NCBI GenBank assembly: GCA_028534125.1
Contig: CM052817.1
Span: 96,040,001-96,104,000 of the forward strand
Direction: 5' to 3'
DNA: 64,000 nt
From: Lama glama
Taxonomy: Eukaryota
Positions within the stretch are counted from its first letter, which is position 1; every line of letters begins with the position of its first letter. Made by a program: the position numbers and the translations under genes. The notes below the pieces were generated by a model that saw only the letters and a list, made by a program, of their open reading frames with translations, was not told where the DNA came from and searched no databases. Shown here in pieces: positions 1 to 13,394 of this stretch.

Positions 1-814
1 AATAAGTGAAGTGAATCAGTGGCAAAACTGGGACTCCTAAACCCGTGCTCTTGTAAAAGGACAGCATCGTACCTATGAGACTTTAGGAAGAAAGTCTAGC
101 ACAGAGCACCTGTTTTCAGTTGTCCATTGTAACTAGAATCCTCTCAAACAGGATGCTAGACACCTTCTTCTCTCTGGTGGTGAGCTTGGACAGAATCCTT
201 CAAGAAGTTTCACTCTTGGGATGCTCAGGGCTCTGTCTTTAAAATTCAAGAGCTTGCCAAAAGCCAGGCTTACTTCACTGCCACTCAATCAGTGTCCAGC
301 AGTCAGGACAGGCTTTATTGCGAATTCAAGATCTGATTTATTTAATTTATGCCCAGTCTCCTTTTGGTAACTTTTCTCTTCAAGGTTTGTGCACTTAGCG
401 GACTGTTACCTCCAATGTAAAGTTTATCCTCAACTATCAGCTTCTTGTTAACTACTCTTCACACAACTTTTCCTGCCAAGCTTTACTAGTAAAAGAGAGA
501 CTATTTAGGCTAGCTCTTACTTTTTTCCTTTGAGATCATCATGAGATAATACCAAGTTACTAAGCTGCCTACCCAGTCACCCTGAAAAGTAGGGTTAAAA
601 AAAAAAAAAAAACTTACTACATGGTTTTCCTTTCATTTACCCATGATCCATTCCCCTAGACCTATGTGGCATGATTATGCTTAGTGTAACAGAACCTCCT
701 GAACAAAAATAAACAAGGACACAACCCGAAGACTGCGGGGAGACAGAGAGGAGAAGAGGGCTGTGTTTCAGTGTGTGGTTTACCACCTAAAACAACCGTG
801 GGATACGCAGGTAC

Positions 815-830
815 ACACTAGAGGGCGCTA
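815..830 (+). promoter_or_regulatory. CTCF-like motif
   Basis: acactagagggcgcta matches CCASYAGRKGGCRS apart from the first base, CpG retained. Confidence 0.4.
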
Positions 831-894
831 GACTCAGCTTTCCTAGGTCTAAATCAAGCACCAAAGCTAAAGGGACCGCCGAGATCAATTTAAC

Positions 895-1030
895 CCTTTC
901 AAGCCTATTTCCTCATCTCAAAAACAGATGTAACATTAGTATCTACTTGTAAGTGCTAAGTGAGAATTAAATGAGACAATTCATGTAAAGTATTAGCATA
1001 GTAAGTGCTTAATAAGTGTTAGTTATTATT
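895..1030 (+). mobile_element. MIR SINE remnant
   Basis: tttcctcatct...gagaattaaatgagacaat...tgtaaagtattagc...taagtgcttaataagtgttagttattatt core/3' motifs. Confidence 0.75.
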
Positions 1031-1875
1031 AACTGTATCATTAACAATATCATATTACTAAGTGGTAAGAACCATTAATCAATGACTTGCCAAATTAGAA
1101 ACCCAGAAATAGAGATAAAATTTCTGGCAAATTTGGAAAAACAGCGACAAACATCATATGGTGGAAAAAAGAAGGAAGGATGAACATTGGGGTATGAGGC
1201 TAGCAAGCCTTTTTAAAAACATGGTGTTTATTTCTTACTACATAACTCACTGCGATTTTAGAATCATCACCATTATGTGGAATGCTTTATTAACATTTAG
1301 AGATTTGTCAGACCTCAGAAAATATTCAACAAAGAAAAATGTTTTTACCACCTTTGGGGTAAAAACCTGAAAGAAATTCTGGAATGGGATTGGAAGAAGG
1401 GGTGGAAACAAACGTTCATGGAGGAGTGGGTCTAATTAGGATTGGGGTCCGGGGTAAAATGATCAGTCAGGGTGCTCGTAAAGTCTCCTGAAAGGCAAAG
1501 GTGGAATGGGGGACATAACCGTCTCCACAGGCACTGGAGAAGCTAATGGCTGCCAGGAGGGCAGAAACCAACCCCTCGGGCAAAATCTGTGCATCTCATT
1601 CCAGTCACCATTTTTCCAACTCTGGCCTTGCTTGCACCTCTGATAAAATAACAATGTGGGAAGGCTACAAAGGGGAGCAAATGGTTGGTAGTGGTAGGAA
1701 GGTGATCAGGAGAAGGTACCACTGGTGTCTGAGAGGTTGAAAACTTAACTGAGTCAGCAGCTTCACAAAGTTGCCAAAGGGCACGTGGATAATGCTTCCT
1801 TGAGAGCAGTACTAAGCAAAGGTAAAAGAAAATAAGGAATATTAAGATCCCTGAACTTAAAATCTTATTATCATC

Positions 1876-2020
1876 CATTATAGCTATAATAGAAAAGAAT
1901 CTGAAAATATATGTATATATATGTGTGTATATATTTGTATAACTGAATGGCTTTGCTGTACACCTAAAATTAACATTGTAAATCCACTATACTTCAATAA
2001 AAAATAAAACTAAAAAAAAA
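1876..2020 (+). mobile_element. 5'-truncated L1 3' tail
   Basis: gaaaagaatctgaaaa..tgtataactgaa..tttgctgtacacc..AATAAA poly-A; TSD cttattatcatc on both sides. Confidence 0.85.
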
Positions 2021-2620
2021 AACTTATTATCATCAGAATCAACCCAGTTAGTTAGTCAACAAGCATTTGATGAATTCCTACTGCACATAAGAAACTGGGA
2101 TTTTTTTTTTTAATGTAAGATGTGATCCCTGTTCTCAAGAATATTTCAACCTGCAAGGCAGTATAAAGATGTGTCAAATCCAAAGCTACTTTAAAGAAAA
2201 TCAGGCATTGGACAAGTATTTATTTAAACCAAAGAAACCTCATAGATTTTCTTCAGAGTAGACTTCCTTTAATTCAGTTTATTATTTGCTCTCTGACGGG
2301 CTTCTTTCTGTGCACAATGGCGATGTGTAACTCTGTTCTAACAACAGGAGGCATACACAGCCCACAATGTTGGCTGATGGGAGAGCGGGGATGTAAAAAG
2401 GGGGGGAATCCTTCGACTATTTCTCCACTTATCTCATGGTCTTACTACTTCCACACACACCCCACACATACAACTAACTAAACACGCAATGTGAAGACAT
2501 GTGATAAAATGTTTCTATACCACAAAGAAAGACTGCTTAGAAGAACTAGTTCCTTCTCTCTTTATTCTGTATATGTAAAGTCAGATGCACACTTCCCTTT
2601 TTAGAAAAGAGTCTTCTTCC

Positions 2621-3450
2621 TTTATTTATTTATTTGTTTGTTTGTTTGTTTATACTGAGGTATAGTCAGTTCACAACGTTGTATCAATTTCTGGTGTACA
2701 GCACAGTTCTGCAGTCCTACATGAATATATATACATTCATTTTCATATTCTTTTTCACCATGAGCTACTACAAGGTATTGAATATATTTCCCTGTGCTGT
2801 ACAGTATAAACTTGTTTATCTATTTTACGCATACTAGTCAGTATCTGCAAATCTCAAACTCCCAGTTTATCCCTTCCCACCCTCCTCCCCCTGGCAACCA
2901 CGGATCTGTATTGTATGTCTGTGAATCAGTTTCTGTTTTATACTTAAGTTCATTTGTTTTTTTGTTTTTTGTTTTTTTTACATTCCACATATGAGTGATG
3001 TCATGTGGTATTTTTCCTTCTCTTTCTGGCTTACTTCGCTTAGAATGACAATCTCCAGGGCCATCCATGTTGCTGCAAATGGCGTTATTTTATCATCTTT
3101 TATGGCTGAGTAGTATTCCATTGTATAAATATACCACAACTTCTTTATCCAGTCATCTGTCAATGGACATTTAGGTTGCTTCCATATCTTGGCCATTGTA
3201 AACAGTGCTGCTATGAACATTGGGGTGCAGGTATCTTTTTGAATTAGGGTTCCCTCTGGAGTGGGATTGCTGGGTCATATGGTAAGTCTGTTTTTAGTCT
3301 TTTGAGGAATCTCCATACTGTTTTCCGTAACAGCTGCACCAAACTGCATTCCCACCAACAGTGTAAGTAGGTTCCCTTTTCTCCACACCCTCTCCAGCAT
3401 TTATCATCTGCACACTTTTTAATGATGGCCATTCTGACTGGTGTGAGGTG
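2621..3450 (-). mobile_element. L1 fragment (ORF2 C-terminus plus 3' UTR)
   Basis: Minus-strand peptides MAIIKK..KCWRGCGEKG..HCWWEC and MFIAALFTMAKIWKQPKCP..WYIYTMEYYSA are L1 ORF2; T-rich tail at left. Confidence 0.95.
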
Positions 3451-4632
3451 AAGGAGCCTTTTTTCTAATGCAAGGTATCTACCTTAAACTTTAACAGGGT
3501 TTTCAATGGAGTATTAAAATGATTAGAAAAAATTACAAAGAATCATGTAGATCTTTTCCCACCTGATAAATGGTAACCATCCCACTAACCGTGGAGCCTA
3601 CACTAGACCCAGACCCTCGGCATTTGCTTATTTTGTAAGTATCTCTGAAGTTCCTCCTTTTTAATCTGCAACGTTACTAACCCAGGCTGGTCTGTCAGTG
3701 CGGGATGTGCCCGAGCACTAATGACAGTGACCACCATTTCCCAATTCTTCAGTGAGTGCCAGGCATTGCCCACACATTATCTTTACACATATCTTGTCGT
3801 GCAGTAGGTACAGTGCTAACTAAATAAAATACACAACAGACATACTTAAAATAGTTCCCACTCATATACTGCCATTTTAAGTCAGTTTAAATAAACAAAT
3901 ATATTTGAAACAGTTACACATCCAGGAATATTTGGAAACTTTCCCAGATTTAGGCAGACCCTAAATTCCCTCCAGAAGCTGCCTAGAACAGTGGCCCAAC
4001 TGGATTTTCTTTTCCATTCAATATTCTTTTGCTTTTGAAGGGTGGCTTTTTAGAAAATTAATTGTTTAAGAACATATTCTGGCATTAACCCTTTAAGTTA
4101 AATAATGTCTAGCTGAATAATTTGCTGTCTCAAATTCTGGTTGAAGACAAAGTTACTTCCACTTGCTGAGTCTTGGTAAAAAAAAAGGTAGATAATCCAG
4201 GGGGAAGATTAAAAACTGAAATCCACTGAAAGTATACAGCCACACATATTAAAATAATCATCTAGTAACTGAAAATTATGACTTATAATGGTAATTAAGT
4301 GTATCATTATTATGGCAAGCGTTTGTGAGTACTCACTCTGTCAGGCTAAATGATTTATATTTATTATCCTCTCATTTGAAATTCATACTACACCCATTTT
4401 ACAGGTGGGGTAGATGACAGGTAAAGTAATTTGTCCAAAATTGGATAGCTAGTGATTAGCAGAGCCAGGATTTGTATAGGTCTGTGCCAAAGCCCACACT
4501 CTTTTTACTCTTCTATGACGTCAATGTTAAAAACCTCAACTGAAGACAAAACGCTACAGCAATTTGAACCCCTCCTGATATCAAACTCATAAACCAGCCC
4601 CCAAAATATCCCGCTACCTCATCCACCCCTAC

Positions 4633-5060
4633 CTACTCCCGAAAGATAGGTTTCTTCAGTTTCCTGAAGCTGCATCAAAAATAAGGAGAAATTAAAAGTG
4701 GTGTCAACCCAAAACATTAACCCTGCACACCTTGAAAAACGAACTTTTCTATGAAATATAGTGAAACAACTGAGGGATGAGTGTTAAAGAATAATGAAGG
4801 TGTGAAAAAAAATGCACTACTGTCAGCACTCTACCTGGGTACCAGCGCAGCAGAGCATCCCAGCTGCAGACAAACCAGCCTACGTGCCTGTTTCGGAGAA
4901 CACCGCCCTGTGCTATATACGCCAGTGTGGGGAAGGAAAGCAAGCGCAGAAATGAAGAAATGAGTAAAACCACTCATCGTGCTGTGAGGAAGAAGAGCTT
5001 TGCAATAAACTTTCTCTCTAGGCTTAGACTGAAATCTTCCTACAGATTTCCTCCCCCTCA
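4633..5060 (-). promoter_or_regulatory. Candidate internal promoter / alternative first exon
   Basis: Local CpG retention, TATATA at 4919-4914, downstream donors CAG|gtagag (4835) and TAG|gtaggg (4633). Confidence 0.35.
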
Positions 5061-6674
5061 TTTACATATCTGTGCAGGCCTATTTCTTTCTTTTTTTTTT
5101 TTCCCCCTTCCAAGCCCCTTTGCCCTTTCAATCATGAAGCATATTACTCCACTGTCAGTGCAAAGCAGCTCCTAACAACAGGGAACCCAGCTGGGATAGG
5201 AAGAGGGCAGCAGGCTCACGCATTAACATAATAATCCAACTGTGTTCCCATAGGCCCTTAGGGCAGACAGCATATTAGGTAGGCCTCCTGTGCAGACCCC
5301 GGTGGAAGCTGCCTGATCACCTGCCTATCAACCTGTGGCAGCTACAGCAGCTCAATAGCACCAGCTCCTGCCAAGCAGTGGTGCCCAATTACCTTACTAC
5401 AAAAGGCAGAAATCCATTCTTCTACGTCTGTTTAATGTACTCAATGCATTGCCTTATTTACAATTTGAATCTCCGTTTCTGCATTGTTTCCAGGGGACTG
5501 ACTTATTGCCTTTTAACTTCTGAAAGTCTATTCATCCAAAGGCCACCGCGCTGCAGTAGGCGGGAGTGAGGCCGAAAACTAAATTGCAAACACAAGAGCT
5601 CAGGTTGGGAAGCTCACTGCTCGGTCACCAGTCATCTGAAGATTCTTTTATCACCCGAACAGAGGACTAGAGGTGTGGGGAAGACCTGAAAGGCTGCCAT
5701 TACTGTTTCCTCAAGCGGACAGAGGTGGGGAGGGGAATCCTATACCAATGTCTTCTTGAAATGTAGTGGTTTTTTTAAATTCTAATCCAAGCATATTCTA
5801 AGGTTTCCACAACCAAGCCTTTGTGCACACTGGTCCGCTCCTGTGCAAAGTGTGTGGATCACTGCCATCGGCTGAAGTACAGAATCACAAAAGATATGAC
5901 AAAAAAATTTTTAATCTCAAATTATGATTGAAGACTCAAAACGAAAAGCTGGCCCACGTGGATGCTTTTTACTGTTTACATGTATGAAACGCATGTTTTA
6001 TTTTAATGCTGCTCTGTTCCTAGAGTCTTTGATTTACTCTACATGTGGTTTTCTTTCCAAGCCACAATACCTATCAAATAAGGAAAAGCCAAGGGGTATA
6101 TTCCACTAAAAAGACATTATTTATAGTTTATACAAATCATCTTTAAAACCTCATATGTTTGAAATTATAATTCACTTTAGTGAATTAAACACAGTAGTCA
6201 CATTATTTGATGAAATTCCCCCTTTAAAAGGCTGTGAGAAAGGTGCAAATTTTGACATAAATGTCTATTAATATTAACATATTAAATTAACATATATTAA
6301 ATTAAATATGGGAAAAAGGACTTTCAGAAGCATTCCAAACAATGCTATTTAAAAGATCACAAGGCTACCACTTTGGCTAGAGAAACATTTTCTACTGATC
6401 AAGTATTTCCAAAAATAAAAAAACTGAGTTTCTAGAAATGTTATACTTTGGGTTTTTTAATGGTTATTTTAATAAAAAATGAATCCTCCAGTCAAACAAA
6501 AGTGCACTTAATCTAACATTTCTATGAATTTTAAATGATCGGGAACTAATAATATTGTTTAAGCAAACCAACCTGATGTGCTTTATGTATGTTCTAACAA
6601 TTAAGTAAAAATGAAGTATCAAGGCCATATCTGCACCTGCCACTGATATTCACTGTCAAGGTTACCTCTGTTAC

Positions 6675-6830
6675 CTTCGCATTAACCATTTGTACATGAT
6701 GTTAATGGATGCTGGTGACCATGCAACAGCTTGTCAATTCTTTGGATTACTTCCATACATGCTAGGCGGGTGTTAATATAAGGTAAATGCCCTCATCATG
6801 AACAAATCTGTTTGCTCTTTACCATACAAC
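6675..6830 (-). other. Candidate 156-bp non-coding exon (5' UTR or poison type)
   Basis: Long U-tract acceptor ...gaattttccctag|GTT; donor AAG|gtaaca (second GT 9 nt further); stops in all three frames, several ATGs. Confidence 0.5.
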
Positions 6831-9610
6831 CTAGGGAAAATTCAAATAAAAGAAAAAAAAAACTAACATTTTTTTCTTCTTCTGTGAATAAATCGTGAGC
6901 TGTTTAATGGTCTCTAAACAATACACTACAATATATTATACATTGATGGGAGTGTAAATACAAAATACTAAACTCAATAATAAATATTAATGCTTCTATA
7001 TGTGTTAAACAGCAAAATTATACACATCCCCTTCTTGACCTTTTGGGGGTTCCAGAAGCTCTTTATTCTTCATAAACTCTTATATTTGGACAAAAGGTAA
7101 TGCATCTTCCAAGTCATTAAATCCAGTAACTTGATTTTTGATTAAAAAACAATAAACAACAGCCATATGGTGACAGGATGAATGGCGACCTAGACTTTGC
7201 CATTTTAATTCCTTCAAGGGTATGCTCCACTCTAGCAGGAACACAACGAAAGTGTTTATATAAAATAGAAATCTAGCTATTCCATTAGCAAGACCTTGAT
7301 TTTAACTTGAATAGCAACGTATGCAGCTAGAATAATTCAGCTTCTAAAGAATGGCAGAGAAGGGAATAAGGGACATAATTGTAGTATCGTTTCTAGCATG
7401 AGCAATGCAATTTTGGATGAGGTTAAAATTATTTAAAAAAAAAATAAACAAATGAAGGAAAGTGCTATTTCAATTTAAGTGGGAGTAAACAGAAATAGAA
7501 AATAATGTAGAAGAAGCCATATTTATGTTTAGGTATGATATACCAAATTTTAAAATCTACCCCCTCCCCTCCGTGCAGCCATTCCTTTGGGCTCTAAATT
7601 CCTGTATCTGAAATACACCACATCTTCATTTTGATTCAACTAGAGTAGTCCTTCCCCGCCAGAGAATTACCTAGAAAGGACCCTCTTCTCCCCATGGAGA
7701 GCTACTTTATTCTTAAGGACTTTATCTACGCAGTTCAATTTGGTAGCGTAGACGTGGCTTCAGAGATGGTTTGCAGCTAGTATACTCTGACATTTCTGCC
7801 AAGGAAAAGATTAAGCATGAAATATCCAAAATTACACGTTAAAATAGATGCCATTTTACTTTGTTTCTTCCTGAATAGCCCTTCAGCTGTTGAGGCACAT
7901 ACATTTTTCCCCAGGCAAAGTCCCCAGGCTAAAATAACTAAGCCTCATATCTTCAGGAAACCCAGCTTCCCAAACATCATTCTTAGGTATCTGATTATCT
8001 ATTGGGTGTAGTTTCATTTCATATTTAATCATGCAAATCTTACATGAAACAGGAAGAATGTTTCACTTACAACATTTCTTTTCAGTCAACTGCTCATACT
8101 GAATACAATCAATGACAATACTTAATTTTCTACGACTTCTTAAAATGTTTATAAATCTTAGTTATAGAGTTAGAAGTCACAATTACTCAAGACCTGATCG
8201 TTTTGGATTTAAACCTGACTTTCCTTTCAGGACTGCCCTCTCCAGCAGCAAGCCACCCCACATTTGCTACTGGGGAAAGGACACTCCCCTCTGCTAAGTT
8301 CTAATTCTTTTACTTTGCAACGTTAGACTTTCAGGTAACTTAGAGTCAAAGATCACCATTTTAGACAGTAACAGAAGTTCCAAAGCTATTACTTCAAACC
8401 TTAGGTGAGGATAAGTAGAACTCCAAATTAAAACTAAAGAAATTTAGCAAACAAGTAAAAAGGCAAATAAATAAGTAGCTCTTAAGATCTTTCAGACCAT
8501 CATAGACTAAAAAGAAAAGTTTAAAATTACGCACTAAAAAATAAATAAATAAAATAAAATAAAATAACACACTAAACCTCAAAGCTTTCAAAAGTAATAG
8601 AAATTAAAATGCATATTGAGTTATTCCATTCTAACAAACTAATTTATATTACAAGTATCTTTATTTAGCACATAATGCCATCACAAAAAGTTTGTAGATT
8701 ACTCCCTCAATACCCACCCAAGTACTAAATCATTATGCATTAAGTCATTAAAGAATTTTTAAGAGATCTTAATTGCCTGTTCTTACACCTTAGTTCTCAC
8801 TTCAAATCAGAATCCGTCCTAGAGAGCTACAGACAGAATGCTGAAACAGAATTAAGAACTAAAAGATGAAAAGAAAGAGAAATAAAATGATAGGGTTGAG
8901 GAAAGAGTAATATAAAAAGAAATCTATGAATAAGGAAGATACAGTTAATAAATAAAAAGAAAGAACTAGAAAGCCAACACTCTTCACCTTCTTAAATTTG
9001 ATAATATCTAATTTTTAAAAAACATAATTAAACACATCTCTGTACACAGTTCTGTGGGAGAAATGCCCCACAAAACTACGATACACACAGTAAGGGTCCA
9101 TAAGGTTTTGGGGAGGAGGGTTGAGGGGATGAGGAGGGAGAGAGAGGAAGTCAATAGTCTATGAAGCAACCCAAGGTGAATACATTAACAGGGTAGTGGC
9201 CAGTAACACCGGTAACTTCTGAAAGCTAAAAAGGGGAGTTACCTTTTGGTCTTCTCCTTAACAAACCCCCATTCTGTGTGTGTGTGTGTGTGTCTTGGGG
9301 GTGAGGGGAAAGGGGAGGCACTTGAGGAGTTCCCTGGAAGGGGGAAAGGAGAGCAGCTCCCCTGAACGACAGAGCATGGAATGCTAGTGCCCCCAACGGA
9401 CCTTAGTCCTGGAACTACGACTCTTCATTCCCGCCGATGAAGTTTTGCTATGTAACCAGCTCCAAGGAACTGACTAACACTGTGTTACTGGGAGGCGGTT
9501 TCTTACTCTGAATACTACTTGCTTAAAGTCAGACATTAACTGGAGCTGAGAAATTATTTATGATACAGGGGTCATAACTGACTTAACTTGCATTCAAAAT
9601 AGGAAAACAG

Positions 9611-9693
9611 GATGGGTACGGCTCAGTGGTGGGGCACATGCTTAGCACACTTGAGGTCCCAGGTTCAATCCCCAGTACCTCCATTTAAAAAAC
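9611..9693 (+). mobile_element. tRNA-derived SINE (camelid Vic-1 type), short
   Basis: A-box ggctcagtgg, B-box ggttcaatcc, followed by ccagtacctcca and A-run. Confidence 0.8.
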
Positions 9694-9722
9694 AGCAGCA
9701 GCAGCAAATTAGGAGAACCGAG

Positions 9723-10350
9723 CTTCCTCTTCCTGCACGCGGCCTGCGGTGACCTCTGAAAATGGCTTGCTACTTGCTTGACCAAGAAAAACCCACAAAA
9801 TCATGCAAATCAAGAGGTTCCAATTTTCGTGATCACTTTAAGAACACTCATGAAATCGCCCAGGCCAGTAAGGGTATGCACATCTGAAAAGCCACCAAGT
9901 ATCTGAAGGGTGTCACTTTACAGAAGCAACGGGTACCATTCTGTCGTGACAATGGTGGAGTTGGTAAGTGTGCCCAGGCCAAAGGGTGGGGCTGGGCTCG
10001 GGGTTGATGGCCCAAAAAAAGTGCTGAATTTTTACTGTACACGCTTAAAAAAGCAGAGAGTAATGCTGGATGAAGCACTGATGTGTGTGTCACTGAGCAC
10101 ATCCAGGTGAACACAGCCCCCGAGATGCGGGGCAGGACGTACAGAGCCCATGGTCGGATCAACCCGAAGGTGAGCTCTCCCTGCTGTGCTGAGATGGTCC
10201 TCGCTGAGAAAGGGCAGGTTGTTCCTAAACCGGAAGAGGAGGTTGCACAGAAGACAAAGATACCTCAGAAGAAACTGAAAAAACAAAAACTTACGGCCTG
10301 GGAATCAATTCAGCATAAAATAAATGCAAATAAAAGGGGGAGAAAAAAAG
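9723..10350 (+). pseudogene. RPL17: Processed pseudogene of 60S ribosomal protein L17 (uL22)
   Basis: Intronless; 5' pyrimidine (TOP-like) start cttcctcttcct, ATG 9762, recognisable RPL17 peptides ([59 protein letters not shown]) split by frameshifts/stops; AATAAA ~10328 and decayed A-tail. Confidence 0.95.
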
Positions 10351-12810
10351 GGAAAATAGATACCCAGACTCTGGTGATAGCAAAAGGTGCTGTTCCCAGT
10401 GGTAGCTGGGAAGAGAAAGACAGGTGCAAAGAGTGAAAACACAGAGCACCCCTTGTCACTAAAGCAACAACAAATTCTGCTCTGAAGAAAAAAAAAAAAA
10501 AAAAGAAGTTGCCTCTCCAGTTCTTTGTGCAAGAAGCCAATTCTATCCTTGCTTCCATACTTAAATCTAGAAACAAAGAGATAAATCAATTAATCCTTAT
10601 AAACTGCTCCTAGGAGCTTCGTTTTCCTCAAGGAGTTAAAAGAAGCTTTGACCACCACACAAAGGATATGAAATCTCTGTACTCTACTGCTAACACATAT
10701 CTCCAATTAGGTTTAAGGACATTTTTACTGCCTTTATGCCAAGTTTATATTACCGGACGTTAAAGAATGTGTTGTAGCGCTGAAAAGCGCTAAAGCCGGC
10801 TAGTCACGCTCTTGATAACAATGGTTTATGACTATGTCTCAAGGAAAGCAGGAATAAGGGTTTTATGTGATTTTGTTGTTACAGGATGATACTGAACAGA
10901 AACAGAAACAAGTGGGAAGGAAAGCCAACCAAAATCTTTTGTTCTCTCTTTCGATATTCTCATCTAAAGGCTAGGACATACAAAGTTATAATGAGATTTT
11001 CACTCATCCCTTAGAATAAATTCAGCTAAAAGCTTTTAGAGGTTTAGGGATTAAGACTAACTCAAAACAGCAGTTGTATTCAGATTTTCCAAATCTGTAT
11101 ATGTCTAAACTGTACCTATGAAGCAAACAGGTAAAGGATGGCAAGAATGGTTAATTAGCATTTCATTATAATACCAGTGAAAAGAAAGAGGTCAGCTATT
11201 AATAAGGTGCAGATTTCCAACCACTGGGATTTATTCTGAATTCATTTTAATACCAGAAAGCTGTGATCTAAAAATCTCCACTCTAAAACGGTTAAAAGTT
11301 GAAATAATAGTACTTTAAAAGGAAGGACTGGGGCTTTAAGTACAGCCCTTTGTACGTATAAACCATGTCGTTTCTGACTATTACTTTGTAATTTTCACTT
11401 AGAACCATCATGCCCACTTATTTCATGACAAATGATTATGCACTGGATAGCATATCTATTCTGGATAAGAAGAAGGGCTTAGAGATTTCCATCAAGCACG
11501 TGACTTCCTTTTCCTTTCTCTTTTTTGATACGTGCACTTCTCCAAACTATGCAAAAGAAAACATATCAAAAGCGAAATATACTCACTAAAATTTAAGGTT
11601 ACTCCAACAAAAGGGTTAATTAGAGAAACAAATTTTCTCAGACTGTTAATAATGGGAATGACACATACTCTGTGCCCATAAGTAATTCTCAGGTATCTTT
11701 GATCTGCAGCCCCATGCGGTTTCTGTTGCCTACCGTAGCCTGGCCTCTGGGACTCTCTCAGAACCAGACATCTGGCTACTTTGTTGTTTTAGACTAATCT
11801 CCTCCCAGGAGAGCTCAAGAAATGACACCAGGCAAGGAGGGTCCTGGCAAGGGAAAAAACATTACAGTATTAGCAGATTTCTTTTCGAGTGGACGAGAGT
11901 TATCAAAATTGTCTTCAAATTTCTACAGGGGTCTTAAGGAGTGCTTCTGTTCTGTGGTTTTTTGCTGGCATAATTTAAATGGGATGTAGATATTAGATCT
12001 TTAAGGCCCATCAATCATCTGTAAGAATTCACTGAATGTTAATCATAGAATATTACAATGTGTGGGAGAAAGTTGTGAGGAAAAATACAAATCAGATTCA
12101 TTCTTCACCCATCTGTTAGGGTTGGGTGATGACTGCTAAAACAAAGATTTTAATTGTCAGCTGAAGGGTTACACCAGAACTGTGGGATGATGTCTAGGAT
12201 TTGCAAATACAGTTGCATGCCTCCCATTATATGTCAACTCCCTATCACGTTTCTCCTTTAAACTGGGATTTTTTGGAAAGAATCTTAGCCACCAATCTAC
12301 CAGAAAGGTCTGATGAAAATGTACTTGTGTATGTGCCTCTGAGGAAAACAAGAGGAAGCAAGAAGAAGTGACATACGCTTAAAATAAAAAAAACGAAAAA
12401 ACAAAACACTGTCGTTAAGGCAAGGACAAATGCTATTTTTGAAATGACAAAGATCATCAATATTTTCTCCCCAAGGCAACAGATAATCATCAATGCCTCA
12501 GTTCCTTTTTAGGGATTATTGTTCAATCCTCAAAACCTGTACACTCTGAGAAAGAAAAAATAATTTCCCATTTGTTACACAAATAGAATATAAACCAAGT
12601 GGGATAGCTGCTTAACCTATGGAACTTCTTTATTTTATCCTAAAATCATGTTTTATCTGTTTGTAGTACATTCACATAACATATGAAATCACATGTTACA
12701 CCATAATATTTGTAATACATTCACATAATATATGAAATCAAATGTTATGAGACAATAAACAAGTTGGGGGAAAAAAAAAGAAAAAACAAATTTAACTATG
12801 ACTGGTGTCT

Positions 12811-12937
12811 GGAGGGAATAGCTCAAGCAGTAGAGCACATGACTAGCATGCACAAAGTCCTAGGTTCAATCCCCAGTACCTCCTCTAAAAATAAATAAAT
12901 AAACCTAATTACCCCCTGAAAAAAGTAATTTAAAAAA
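12811..12937 (+). mobile_element. tRNA-derived SINE (Vic-1 type) with perfect 17-bp TSD
   Basis: tagctcaagcagtagagc..ggttcaatccccagtacc; TSD aactatgactggtgtct at 12794-12810 and 12938-12954. Confidence 0.9.
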
Positions 12938-13394
12938 AACTATGACTGGTGTCTGATTAATATAATTCTTAGAAAAGGATGGGAGTTATCAATACATCAC
13001 CATGATGAAAATCAGAAATTTGAAATTAGGTTTCAGTTTGGGAAAATAATATCCAATTAAAGAGACAGACAAGAGGACTCAATTCATTTCCTTGCAGCCC
13101 AGTGAATTTCATTTATTTCCTTAAGCATGAACTGAGTACTTACTAAATAAATGAACCAGGCAGATTCTCCCAGTGAGTTAATATTGTGTATTGGCTTGGA
13201 CTGAGTCAGTGTAGAGACAACGTAACTTTAGGTCTGGACTGAAGTCAATGATTTTCCATCACCCTTCCCCCTCCCTTGTCAGCACTGGGGGGAAAAATGT
13301 CGGAAAAGAAGCAAAAGAGTAAAAATCAGAATAACCAAACCAGTTTCCTGTAAGAATCATCTCCCAGATCAAATGGAGAATTATTTGTCCAGAA

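Noticed and set aside
10083..10436. 117-aa ORF as a functional RPL17 retrogene
   Set aside because: Only the C-terminal part; the upstream CDS has frameshifts and stops and the native stop is mutated.
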